Below are positions 1 to 9,316 of a DNA stretch of 24,000 nucleotides, one piece after another. The stretch is from Candidatus Heimdallarchaeota archaeon. GTDB lineage: Archaea > Asgardarchaeota > Heimdallarchaeia > Heimdallarchaeales > Heimdallarchaeaceae. Position numbers and translations under genes: made by a program. Numbering within the stretch: the stretch's first letter is position 1; the number at the start of each line of letters is the position of its first letter. The stretch spans positions 135 to 24,134 of the forward strand of contig DAOVET010000015.1 of assembly GCA_030668825.1 (NCBI GenBank). Direction: 5' to 3'. The notes below the pieces were generated by a model. It had not been told where the DNA came from, ran no database searches, and saw only the letters and a program-made list of their open reading frames with translations.

Positions 1-134
1 TATTAGCCTAAATGACATGAACACTATCGTAGCTTTTATAAACAAAATTCAAAGTTCTACGTCGTTACAACTGCTAACTACATCTAGAAAAAATGATTGT
101 TCTTCTGAAAGCCTTTGTTATATCAGTTTTTGGA

Positions 135-1166
135 CTACAGACTGCCATAGTACAGCAGATTTTCCCTAATCTCCTTTTCGCTAAAACCTGCACTAATTCC
201 GACAATAATTCTGATTATATCCATTGTCTCAGCGAGCTTCAATTCAAAGAAACCAATTAATGCATCCATTTGCAGAACTGTTCCATAACGGAATGTCTTT
301 TTCCAGTAATTTAATAAGTATCTCTCAACTGCAAATTCCAAATCATGTAATGGAACTTCTTTAACACCAATATATTTAGAAAAGACTGTTCGATAAGGAG
401 CATAGTTATATGTTTCTAGAACTTCTTGAATACTTGTTGCCTTCAATCCCTTTACAGTGAATTTATTGCGTTGGATGAATCTATATGCAGGTACGTTTAG
501 AGCTATACAGCGGCATAAAGCTAAGATGTTTTTCATATTAACATATGTTTCATAATGCTTTGATACTTTAGGTAGCATACTATAGATATGTTGATCTATT
601 GCAGATTCTAGGGGAGTAAATCTTCCAGTTGCTTTAAATTCTTCATTTGCTAATTTGAGGTCTTCTCGCAGAGTCTGATTATCTTGGTTAACAATTATTT
701 CTTCAATTGACTTATTAAGTAATTTCGAATAATAATCGATTGAATAATCAGCAACTGGAACCAAACGGGATAAAATCTCTTCCTGCTTCATTTCTCTATT
801 TATGCCTTGAAATATTATACGAAGATTTTCAACGTGATATCTCTCACTGTAATTTCTAATTTTCTTCTTAACTGAGGATCCTGACTGTTTGTAGAATTTA
901 GTCAATAATTCAGAATAAGAATTTTTAAGATTTCTAGCTACATCAGAAATCTGTGTTTCAAAATTAAGGTCTCCAATAATGCTGTTATAGGCTGTTTGAG
1001 TAAAGGCAGCTCTTAATTCTTTAAGATTCTTAGAAGATAAAAGCAAGCTTATTTGTGATTTGGTTAAGAAGTTACTAACAGCCCCATGCGCTCTACCTAG
1101 TAAATAACTGATATCTCCAAGTGACATTTTAACTACCTTTTTGCCTGACAAAATTGATTGAAACAA
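135..1166 (-). CDS. atpC: A/V-type ATP synthase subunit C (AC39 / V0-d family)
   Basis: 343-aa helical ORF directly downstream of and overlapping the subunit I gene. The C-terminal ...ALIGFFELKLAETMDIIRIIVGISAGFSEKEIRENLL resembles the conserved AtpC/AC39 C-terminus. An internal ATG at 1127 (MSLGDISYLL...) lies 1 nt after the atpI stop and may be the true start. Confidence 0.75.
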   Translation of the reverse strand: MFQSILSGKKVVKMSLGDISYLLGRAHGAVSNFLTKSQISLLLSSKNLKELRAAFTQTAYNSIIGDLNFETQISDVARNLKNSYSELLTKFYKQSGSSVKKKIRNYSERYHVENLRIIFQGINREMKQEEILSRLVPVADYSIDYYSKLLNKSIEEIIVNQDNQTLREDLKLANEEFKATGRFTPLESAIDQHIYSMLPKVSKHYETYVNMKNILALCRCIALNVPAYRFIQRNKFTVKGLKATSIQEVLETYNYAPYRTVFSKYIGVKEVPLHDLEFAVERYLLNYWKKTFRYGTVLQMDALIGFFELKLAETMDIIRIIVGISAGFSEKEIRENLLYYGSL

Positions 1167-4100
1167 GTTTTTCTTTTAAGGGAAGGAATTCTTTACCATC
1201 CCCAGAATAGAACTTAGAGAACCATTCAACCCAGTGAAGCCTTAGTGTGTTAAGGAATGATAATAATCCTTCTATTGGTAATATTATGAATACTGCCAAT
1301 AGAATTCCTACGACCCACCATATCCAAGAGATACTAAGAGCTGAAACATAATGCCCATGTATTAATCCTCCTGCAAAGTGTGACAAATCAATATGCGCTA
1401 CGTCTAGGAATACCCCTGAAAATGTTGATACGCCTGCTACTAAATCCACCCCAGTTAAAGTAAATGGTAATCCACTTAAGATTGCATGAACAAGCAAGAG
1501 TGCCATAATTCGGCTGAATGAAAGTGTGTTTGATATTAGTGCAATAATGTGGTCAATTGCATCCATAATTCCATCAGACTTAGCATGAAGATACTCTAAA
1601 ACAAACAATACTGGGACTAGTCCGACCAGATATACAAACGCAGATGGTAACTGTTTAAGTGTAAAATGAAATGCCTGCCAATATATTCCGTTCACTCCTA
1701 CAATGATATTGTAAAGCATGGTAAAAATACCTACATAAATTATAGATAATGAAAGAGGAGCGCCCCAAGATGCAAATCCGTGACCATATCTCACGTTTTG
1801 ATAAACTTTCAATAATATTCCTAATTGAATCATGAGAAATCCTAACATTAGAGCAACAATTAAGATTAATTTTGTTTCATGTAGTGGATTGATTATAGGA
1901 ATCCAGTTAATTCCTGCTTTGTGCATCAATTCAGGTATGAAATGTTCATCTCCTAGTAATGATCCAAAGAAGAACCCAAATATCGTTGCAGATAAACCGC
2001 AGAAAAGAAGTAGTTCCGCACCAGAATAAAGATATCCTGTAATCGATTCATCTGGCTCAATTTTATTCTTCTTTTTCTTATATAGCAAGAATCCAGCTAA
2101 TAATGACAATAAAATTCCATGTCCAATATCTGCAAACATGATACCAAATAAAAATGGAAATGTAAACCTAACAATTGAATAAGGATCAACTTGTTTAGTG
2201 TTTGGTTGACCAATACCGCCTACAATTCCTCTTACTGCCCCAAATACTTTTCCTTGTTTTGTTATGGCGGGATTGACTAATGGAACATCTGGATTTTCAG
2301 TAATTTCCATCTCGAATGGTAAATCTTTCTTACTCTCATTCAGTTGATCTAAAACTGTTTTAGATGTCCAGCTCCATAGAACAATCTTTCCTTCGGATAT
2401 TTGGCATAATTCAATGGTGTTTAATCGATTACTTTCAACATTAATTAGCTCTTCACAAGCAATCAATTTGTATTTAACTTGATCTTTAATTTCTTGAAGT
2501 TCTTCTTCACTTTCCTTCAATTCTTTCTCAATTTCTTTCAAAGTGTCTTTCAATGAAACCTTTCTTTCAACCAGAGACAAATCGTAGTCTATTGCTTGGA
2601 AAGAATATTCATTTAAAACACGCAGAATGGAGTTTTCATACTCTTTTAAAGATAAAATTAAGATATTCTTCTCATTTGAGCTTGAACTTGTAGGTTCAGA
2701 ATCCCAGAATATAAGATTATTGTCTGTGACTTCTTTCAAAAAGAATTTCACAGATTTTAGGTTGGATTTAGGAATAACTCCCAAGTAAGTTACAGTTTGG
2801 AAACCATCTTGAAGCAAAACTGCATCAATGCCTTTTTCTTTGAGACCTTCTTCAAAAGGAAGAGATAATTTTACTTGATCCCGTTTCTTCAGGATTGCTT
2901 CGTGAGAATCAAAAGCCTTAATGATTTTCTCCTCATTTTCACGCAAGAAATTTTCTAAGAATGCCTTTGAGTGCCCATAATCATCAACAATATGATATTT
3001 CTCTGTATTCTGTTCCTTTGTATCCTTCATTTTGAGCATATTTAACAATCGATTAACTCTAGATTGATATTGACTCAGTTCTTGTCTCAAACTATTGACC
3101 TTCTCTAGCGTATTTTCATCTAATGATCCAATTTTTACTGGATGGATTGCGTTAAGAGAGTAAATATGAGAAATGAATTGACGAGATGAATCTTCTGGAC
3201 TCTCTAATCTCACAAATAATGCTTTTTTTGCAAAAAGGAATCCTTCTCCACCCCCTCCAGAATGAGGGGGGTGAGGAATATAGCTGTCTATTTTGCTTTC
3301 TTCCTTATCAAATAGCTTTTTAATTAGTAATTCTTGCTCGATATCTCTTTCTTTTTTACGAGATAGCGGAACATCTTCCAGTATTACTATGGTACTATCT
3401 ATTTGTAAAGAATCAATATTTTCAACAAGAACGGAGTAATTTTTAGATGCAACCCATCCCCATAAGGTAAAGTTTTTTGATGTAGTACGACCTCTTTCTT
3501 CCAATGTTAGAGTTTTGTGGGTTGCTTTGATGAGCGTTAGATGATACCTAGTTTTTTCTGCTAGTCCAGTTGATAACTGTCTAATGTCACCTTCTATTTT
3601 TTCAATATCTTGACTTACTTCAGAATGAAGTTTTTCTATTCTTGTTGTCTCTCTTATTTTTTCTATGGATTTTAGAAGTTCAAGATCAAATTCTGTTTCA
3701 TTGAAATAATTTTCTCTGAGAATCTCTCCTATTTGTTCTTTATAGTCAATCAAAGAAATACATATCATTACATTTTTCTCACTATTGTCTGTAGGAGAAC
3801 TCCAGAAAAACATCTGACCAGCTGTAACTTCACTTATGTAAAAACGAATAATTTCTTTATATTCACTAGGAATCTCCCCTAAAACAGTGAAAGTTCTTGA
3901 GCTTGAAGATAATAGGTCGATTGAAAATTCATCATCCAAATTGCTTTGGAATTGTTTCAAAGATGAGAGAATTCTGTTCTCTTTCTTCAGTTTTTGTAAT
4001 TCACTGGATTTTTCTATTATCTGATTTTCGTATTTTTCTAGAAAAACATCTAAACCCTTAATAATTTCATCATGATTTTTAATAAAGACTAAATCATCTT

Positions 4101-4332
4101 CTTTTAATGATGGAAGATCTTCCAATTGAATATTTAGAGCTTTGCTCAATCCCACTATTCTTTCCCATCTGTCCTCCATAATGTCTTTAGTTGATTGTAT
4201 TCTTGCTTGCTCTTTAGGACTTTGAGGGTCAACGATTATTTGTTCAAAGATATTAAGAGAAGATATCTTTGTCAATAGTGTATTTGTATTTTTGACTGGT
4301 ATCTGAACTTTTACTAGTTTAAACTTTGCCAT
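1129..4332 (-). CDS. atpI: A/V-type ATP synthase subunit I (a-subunit), unusually long, with a tandemly duplicated N-terminal cytoplasmic domain
   Basis: The C-terminal third is polytopic membrane sequence carrying the a-subunit signature ...ISNTLSFSRIMALLLVHAILS (conserved Arg) and FPFLFGIMFADIGHG. GGTGG lies 8-9 nt upstream of the ATG. At 1067 aa it is far longer than the ~650-700 aa typical of archaeal AtpI, because the soluble N-domain occurs twice (see findings). Confidence 0.85.
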   Translation of the reverse strand: MAKFKLVKVQIPVKNTNTLLTKISSLNIFEQIIVDPQSPKEQARIQSTKDIMEDRWERIVGLSKALNIQLEDLPSLKEDDLVFIKNHDEIIKGLDVFLEKYENQIIEKSSELQKLKKENRILSSLKQFQSNLDDEFSIDLLSSSSRTFTVLGEIPSEYKEIIRFYISEVTAGQMFFWSSPTDNSEKNVMICISLIDYKEQIGEILRENYFNETEFDLELLKSIEKIRETTRIEKLHSEVSQDIEKIEGDIRQLSTGLAEKTRYHLTLIKATHKTLTLEERGRTTSKNFTLWGWVASKNYSVLVENIDSLQIDSTIVILEDVPLSRKKERDIEQELLIKKLFDKEESKIDSYIPHPPHSGGGGEGFLFAKKALFVRLESPEDSSRQFISHIYSLNAIHPVKIGSLDENTLEKVNSLRQELSQYQSRVNRLLNMLKMKDTKEQNTEKYHIVDDYGHSKAFLENFLRENEEKIIKAFDSHEAILKKRDQVKLSLPFEEGLKEKGIDAVLLQDGFQTVTYLGVIPKSNLKSVKFFLKEVTDNNLIFWDSEPTSSSSNEKNILILSLKEYENSILRVLNEYSFQAIDYDLSLVERKVSLKDTLKEIEKELKESEEELQEIKDQVKYKLIACEELINVESNRLNTIELCQISEGKIVLWSWTSKTVLDQLNESKKDLPFEMEITENPDVPLVNPAITKQGKVFGAVRGIVGGIGQPNTKQVDPYSIVRFTFPFLFGIMFADIGHGILLSLLAGFLLYKKKKNKIEPDESITGYLYSGAELLLFCGLSATIFGFFFGSLLGDEHFIPELMHKAGINWIPIINPLHETKLILIVALMLGFLMIQLGILLKVYQNVRYGHGFASWGAPLSLSIIYVGIFTMLYNIIVGVNGIYWQAFHFTLKQLPSAFVYLVGLVPVLFVLEYLHAKSDGIMDAIDHIIALISNTLSFSRIMALLLVHAILSGLPFTLTGVDLVAGVSTFSGVFLDVAHIDLSHFAGGLIHGHYVSALSISWIWWVVGILLAVFIILPIEGLLSFLNTLRLHWVEWFSKFYSGDGKEFLPLKEKLVSINFVRQKGS

Positions 4333-4552
4333 TCATAAGCCACCGATACTCTAACTAATCACGATAGGAGATTTTGGGGAGATTTTAAAATCTTCCTCTC
4401 TGGCAGAATGGTCTATTAAAAAAATAGAATCAAACTTATTATCTGATAAGAGAGAACGAATAAACCAAGTTACTTTTCCATAGCCTGAAATAGCAAACTT
4501 CTTTCTAGTTATTATAAGCCTAGTAAAATAAAAAAAAGGAAAAAGAAATGGT

Positions 4553-4953
4553 TTATTTCTTTCTAAATCTTCGCAATACTTCCAATGCTGCTAATCCTAG
4601 GAAGGACAGAAACACTAATGCTGTAATACCTGTTTCAGATGGGAAATTAGTCACTAATACTGTATATCCCACATCCTCGCCATAACCAATTGCTACATCT
4701 AAATCATAGATGTATGGTTCAAGTGAATCATCGTAGCCAACTACTGAATCAGGGATTGTGACTGTAGCTGAAACACCAAGTCCACCAAGAATTTGATCAA
4801 CAATGATTTCACGTGGACACGCGTGACTTATAGCTTTGCGTAGATATTTTGCTGCTAAAGGAGTACCAAGAGGAGTTAGTTCACCAGTTTTCCAATCATT
4901 AGATTGTTTTTTATTAATTTGCGAGGAATAATGTTTATTGTAATTATTGACAT
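4553..4953 (-). pseudogene. Frameshift-interrupted small ORF encoding a hypothetical protein with a C-terminal transmembrane anchor
   Basis: A roughly 130-codon open frame (...GELTPLGTPLAAKYLRKAISHACPREIIVDQILGGLGVSATVTIPDS...FPSETGITALVFLSFLGLAALEVLRRFRKK*) has no ATG/GTG/TTG start near its 5' end; the only in-frame GTGs lie close to the 3' end. An ATG at 4953 (MSIITINIIPRKLIK...) is in another frame and joins it if one extra A is added to the A6 run (T6 on + strand, 4907-4912). Absent from the supplied ORF track for this reason. Confidence 0.35.
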
Positions 4954-5192
4954 GCTATGATTTGACAAAGTCGAAGTTCAAACATTAAAGGTGAATCTGT
5001 CGGATCCAGTAATAACCAGTAAACTAATTGTCTACTTCAAAGACTTGTATTCTAGTAAAAGATCAAGAAAAAATTATTGATCAATTTCTAACTTCTGAAA
5101 AAGAAGAGAAAAAGCTGCTAAGAGAAGATATTCTGATGAAATTTAGTAAACAATAGATTAAAATTCCAAAGATTTCCTCCCTAAATGAAAAA

Positions 5193-5579
5193 TTAAGGCC
5201 CCGATAATACTTCTATTGCTTCTGGAACATATCTTTTAATTACTTGCATAGCTAAACCTACATTATGCAAATCTCTACTAGCACCAATCAAAATATATTC
5301 ATCAGCACTTGCTAGTATTGTAAATCCTTCTTCACCACGAATTAAAACTTGTTCCAAATCTCCATGTGCTAGATTTCCACTTACCATTTTTCCAGTTGAT
5401 AATATTGCAGAAGAAACCGCACTCAAGAGATCTGGATCTGTCCCCTTTTCAGAGAAGAAAGCAATTTTTATTCCTTCTGCATTAACAACTGCTAAAGCTT
5501 CTAAATCACACCCTAACGAGATTTGTTTTAATATTCTTACCAATTGTTTTTTTTGTGATACTGATAAATCAATAGACAT
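5193..5579 (-). CDS. Roadblock/LC7 (MglB-like) domain protein
   Basis: 128 aa. The pattern LEALAVVNAEGIKIAFFSEKGTDPDLLSAVSSAILSTGKMVSGNLAHGDLEQVLIRGEEGFTILASADEYILIGASRD fits the Robl/LC7 alpha-beta-alpha fold consensus. Confidence 0.75.
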   Translation of the reverse strand: MSIDLSVSQKKQLVRILKQISLGCDLEALAVVNAEGIKIAFFSEKGTDPDLLSAVSSAILSTGKMVSGNLAHGDLEQVLIRGEEGFTILASADEYILIGASRDLHNVGLAMQVIKRYVPEAIEVLSGP

Positions 5580-5766
5580 TTTTTGACACCTATTTCCTCT
5601 ACTTATTTTTTACTATACTATTGCTATTAAAGTTATCCAAAGTGCGCAGAGAGAAGAGTTCGAATAACAACATAATAATTACATTATGATTTATTGGAAA
5701 GAATTACCTATGAGAAAAATTGGTTTGGGATAAACATTTTTATTATGGAAGAAAATCAACTTTAAC

Positions 5767-6996
5767 ATGAAATTATTGTTTGTTGTAATGGATGGTCTGG
5801 GTGATCGTCCTATTTCAGAGCTTGGAGGACAAACTCCTCTTGAATATGCGAAGACTCCAAATATGGATAAACTGGCATCACTTGGGATGAATGGACTATT
5901 ACATGTAATAGCACCAGGGGTTACTCCAGGAAGTGATACGGCCCATCTAGCACTGTTTGGTGTAGATCCTTATGAATACTATACAGGGAGAGGTCCATTT
6001 GAGGCTGCTGGAATCGGATTAGTTGTGAAGGAGGGTGATATCGCTTTCAGAACAAACTTTGCAACAATAAACCCAGAAGGTGTAATTATTGATAGACGAG
6101 CTGGAAGAATTAGAGAAGGAACTGATCAACTTGCTAAACTCTTTGAAGGTTTGGAAATTGATGGCATCGAAATTCTATTGGAAGCAGGGACAGAACACAG
6201 GGCTGCTTTGGTTTTAAGAGGTGATGGATTGTCCGACCAAGTCTCAGAAAATGATCCTCATGTTGAAAGAAAAGAACCTTTAGAATTCAAACCCCTTGAT
6301 GAGTCACCCGAAGCAGAAAAAACTGCAAGGGTTCTAACTTCTTTTGTTATGAAGGCAAGAACAATACTAAATAATGCAGAACTCAATAAAAAGAGGGTAG
6401 AAGAAGATTTACTTCCTGCAAACTATTTACTAATTCGAGGAGCAGGTAAAGTTCCAAAATTACCCAACTTTGAGGAGGAGTACTGCTTGGAAACTGCTTG
6501 TGTAGCCGGTGGAGGTTTATACAAAGGTATTGGTCGAATGTTAGGTATGCATATAATTGATGATTCTCGAATGTCTGGGGGGACAACTACAGATTTATTA
6601 GCAAAATTTGAGATTGCTCATAACGCTCTAAATGATTATGATTTTGTTTTTACTCATGTTAAAGGAACTGATAATTATTCGCATGATGGGAAGTATAAAG
6701 AAAAATCTGAATTCATTGAAAGAGTTGATAAGGAGTTGTTTAGGTTTTTACCAGAGAACTACGAAGGAGATCTTGTTGTAATGATAACTGGTGATCATAG
6801 TACCCCCTGTAGTTTTAAAGATCATTCTGCAGATCCAGTACCAATTTTAATCTATTCACCAGATTGTAGAAGAGATAAGGTAGAGAAGTTTGGCGAAAGC
6901 TATGCAGTAGATGGAAGCTTGGGTCATATATTAGGAAAGCACATTATGGGTATTGCATTAAATGAGATGAGATTGGTGCGCAAATTTGGGGCTTGA
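5767..6996 (+). CDS. apgM: 2,3-bisphosphoglycerate-independent phosphoglycerate mutase, archaeal type
   Basis: 409 aa. The N-terminus [15 protein letters not shown]...[15 protein letters not shown] and the C-terminal ITGDHSTPC...HSADPVP metal-site motifs are characteristic of the archaeal ApgM / alkaline-phosphatase superfamily mutase. Confidence 0.9.
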   Translation: MKLLFVVMDGLGDRPISELGGQTPLEYAKTPNMDKLASLGMNGLLHVIAPGVTPGSDTAHLALFGVDPYEYYTGRGPFEAAGIGLVVKEGDIAFRTNFATINPEGVIIDRRAGRIREGTDQLAKLFEGLEIDGIEILLEAGTEHRAALVLRGDGLSDQVSENDPHVERKEPLEFKPLDESPEAEKTARVLTSFVMKARTILNNAELNKKRVEEDLLPANYLLIRGAGKVPKLPNFEEEYCLETACVAGGGLYKGIGRMLGMHIIDDSRMSGGTTTDLLAKFEIAHNALNDYDFVFTHVKGTDNYSHDGKYKEKSEFIERVDKELFRFLPENYEGDLVVMITGDHSTPCSFKDHSADPVPILIYSPDCRRDKVEKFGESYAVDGSLGHILGKHIMGIALNEMRLVRKFGA

Positions 6997-7969
6997 AACA
7001 GAAACACAAACGACCTTTTATCAAAGGTCTTTACCGTATTTGCAGTTATTTATTGCTATTATTTTTGTTTCATTCTCAGCAATCATTGTCGTATACCTAA
7101 TTAAACTAGGAGTTCCTCCTGCTGTTACAGCTATGTATAGAACTTTTTTTGCAGGGATTGGCGCTTTAATACTCTCTCTTTACAAGAAAAGAATAAAATG
7201 GATTGGTGAAAAAACTACAATTAAAAGATATCATTGGATAGTTCTTTCTGGATTATTACTTGCAGTACACTTTGCTACTTGGTTTATTTCCTTAGAATAC
7301 GTTAACGTAGCTATATCTACAACTTTAGTAGATGCAGTTCCAATTTTCCTTGCCATTTTTGGTTTTATATTTTTCAAGGAAAAAATAAATGCGATAGGAA
7401 TCGTAGGTATAGGTATTGCTTTTACAGGTGGTGCGCTCCTTGCATTTTCTTCTCCAGTAGCTGAAAATAGAAATTTGCTTTTAGGAATTATGTTCTCTCT
7501 TATTGGAGCTTTAACTGTAACATTTTATTTTCTAATAGGTAAGAAAATTCTCCAGGATTCACCTTTGTGGCCATATTTTGCTCTAGTAAACCTTGCATCT
7601 GCAATCTTTCTCTTATTTTATAATTTACTTGAAGGATATGAATTGTTTAGATATTCTGCAATTGTTTATCTTCTCTTTATTGTGTCTGCACTGGGGCCCT
7701 CTTTAATTGGTCACGCTACTTACAATTATACTTTAAAAAGACTACCTGCTTTTGTTGTAGGAGTAGCAATTTTGGGAGAACCAATTGGTGCCACTATACT
7801 TGGTGTTTTAATCTTCCCCCTAACTCAAACACCAGAATTAATAACTATCCTATTTGCATTAATTATTCTTACAGGAATCGTATTAACGTCAGTTTCTCAA
7901 TATATAAGTATTAAAAAATTTAGAAGAAAAAAGAAAAAAGAAGATGAATCAGATTCTATTCTCTCTTAG
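6986..7969 (+). CDS. EamA/DMT-family permease (about 10 TM)
   Basis: 327 aa of hydrophobic segments arranged as two similar halves, typical of drug/metabolite transporters. TTG start overlaps the apgM stop. Lys-rich cytoplasmic tail. Confidence 0.8.
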   Translation: MGLETETQTTFYQRSLPYLQLFIAIIFVSFSAIIVVYLIKLGVPPAVTAMYRTFFAGIGALILSLYKKRIKWIGEKTTIKRYHWIVLSGLLLAVHFATWFISLEYVNVAISTTLVDAVPIFLAIFGFIFFKEKINAIGIVGIGIAFTGGALLAFSSPVAENRNLLLGIMFSLIGALTVTFYFLIGKKILQDSPLWPYFALVNLASAIFLLFYNLLEGYELFRYSAIVYLLFIVSALGPSLIGHATYNYTLKRLPAFVVGVAILGEPIGATILGVLIFPLTQTPELITILFALIILTGIVLTSVSQYISIKKFRRKKKKEDESDSILS

Positions 7970-9154
7970 TAGCTCATCTAATCTATTCATTGCAATGTCT
8001 ATTTCTTCAAGAGTTGGTAAGTAGACCATTCTGAAACCATCATTTCCAAAAGGACCAAATCCCGATCCAAATACTGTTAGAATGTGCTTCTTTCTAAGAT
8101 AGTCAAAAACAAATTCCTTATCATTTTTCCATTTGAACTGGTCCATTGATATCATCGAAAAGATATAAAATGCTGCTTCTGGTTTATTTACAACAATTCC
8201 ATCCATTTCTGAAAGTCTATTGTAAATTAAATCTCTTCTTTCTTTTAGGATTTTAATAGTTTCTGGAAGATAAGAGCTCTGATCTTGTCTTAGAGCTTCA
8301 GCTCCTGCTTTTTGTAAAGGTGTTGAAGCACATAATCTAAGTCTAGTTAATTTATTTAACCCATCCCATGGTTCTTCTATTTTTCCCAAGGGATCATGAA
8401 TATATGCATACGCTAAACGCCATCCTGGTGCAAGGAAAACTTTACTGAAGCCATTATAAGCTATCACTGGAACATCTTTTGCCACTTCAGCTGTTGCAGT
8501 ATGTTTCAGACCTTCATCCAGAACAAGTAAATCATATGTTTCATCTGAAACAATACATGCATCGTATTCTCCAACTATGTCTACTATCTCTTTCAGCACT
8601 TTTTCAGGATATACTGAACCTGTGGGATTATTTGGTGTATTAAGAAATACTAATTTTGTTCTGTCGTTCATTAAAGATCGTATGTGATCTGGATCCGGAT
8701 AATAGTTATCTTCAACTGCTGTCTTGTAATATTGCATATCATTTCCAAATATAGTACCGTTACCAGAGTAACTGGGATAATGAATCCCAGGAATTAGTAT
8801 TCTATCTCCAGGATTAGTGAATGACATCAAAGTCATTTGAATACCTTCAGATACCCCAGCTGTTGCTATTACTTTATCAGCAGTAACCCCAACGTCATAT
8901 TTTCTGTTTTCATAGTCAGCAATTGCTTCTCTAAATTCTAGAATTCCCCGAGAATCTGCATAATAGTTATAATTTTCCTCTTCGACATAACGAAGCGGTT
9001 CTGTCAAAATTTTAGGGGTTTTAAAACCATATTTTATTGGATCCCCAATATTAAGCTTAATGATTTTATGCCCTTTAGCTTCAACTTCATCTGCTGCAGC
9101 AATTACATCTCTAATTGCATAACTAAAACCTGCTGTACGGTCTGATATTTTCAT
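7949..9154 (-). CDS. PLP-dependent class I/II aminotransferase (aspartate/alanine aminotransferase-like)
   Basis: 401 aa with LNIGDP, NPNNPTG (here NTPNNPTGSVY) and the Schiff-base lysine context YNGFSKVFLAPGWRLAY. Confidence 0.9.
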   Translation of the reverse strand: MKISDRTAGFSYAIRDVIAAADEVEAKGHKIIKLNIGDPIKYGFKTPKILTEPLRYVEEENYNYYADSRGILEFREAIADYENRKYDVGVTADKVIATAGVSEGIQMTLMSFTNPGDRILIPGIHYPSYSGNGTIFGNDMQYYKTAVEDNYYPDPDHIRSLMNDRTKLVFLNTPNNPTGSVYPEKVLKEIVDIVGEYDACIVSDETYDLLVLDEGLKHTATAEVAKDVPVIAYNGFSKVFLAPGWRLAYAYIHDPLGKIEEPWDGLNKLTRLRLCASTPLQKAGAEALRQDQSSYLPETIKILKERRDLIYNRLSEMDGIVVNKPEAAFYIFSMISMDQFKWKNDKEFVFDYLRKKHILTVFGSGFGPFGNDGFRMVYLPTLEEIDIAMNRLDELLRENRI

Positions 9155-9316
9155 TTTTGATATCCTCTATGATTCTGATAAATCTTTGAAAAAATAAAAT
9201 TATTGGTTTGAACTTATCGAATAGAAACATTAGAAATGATTCAATCTAGTTAAGCACTATTTCCCAGATATTACATCTATAAATAAAACAGAGTTATCAA
9301 TTTCTACTAAATACTG

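Noticed and set aside
1-134. Possible next ATPase gene (atpF/E) downstream of atpC at the window edge
   Set aside because: Only a 6-codon fragment (ATG at 18..16 on the - strand, MSFRLI...) is inside the window, and the other frames are closed. This is far too little sequence to call.
1832-2029. Short antisense or overlapping ORFs: this one plus 6383-6586, 10024-10266, 11616-11828, 12211-12453, 12792-12980, 15241-15516, 16340-16525, 16856-17047, 17962-18153 and 19945-20199
   Set aside because: Each is nested in or opposite a longer ORF with recognisable homology or better coding character. None has a motif or a ribosome-binding context of its own.
4960-5192. Several very short frames, e.g. 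a 41-codon TTG-start ORF ending ...EKKLLREDILMKFSKQ*, and a strong GGGAGG element on the - strand
   Set aside because: All frames are interrupted within a few dozen codons and none has recognisable similarity. The region is treated as decayed or non-coding sequence adjacent to the frameshifted ORF.
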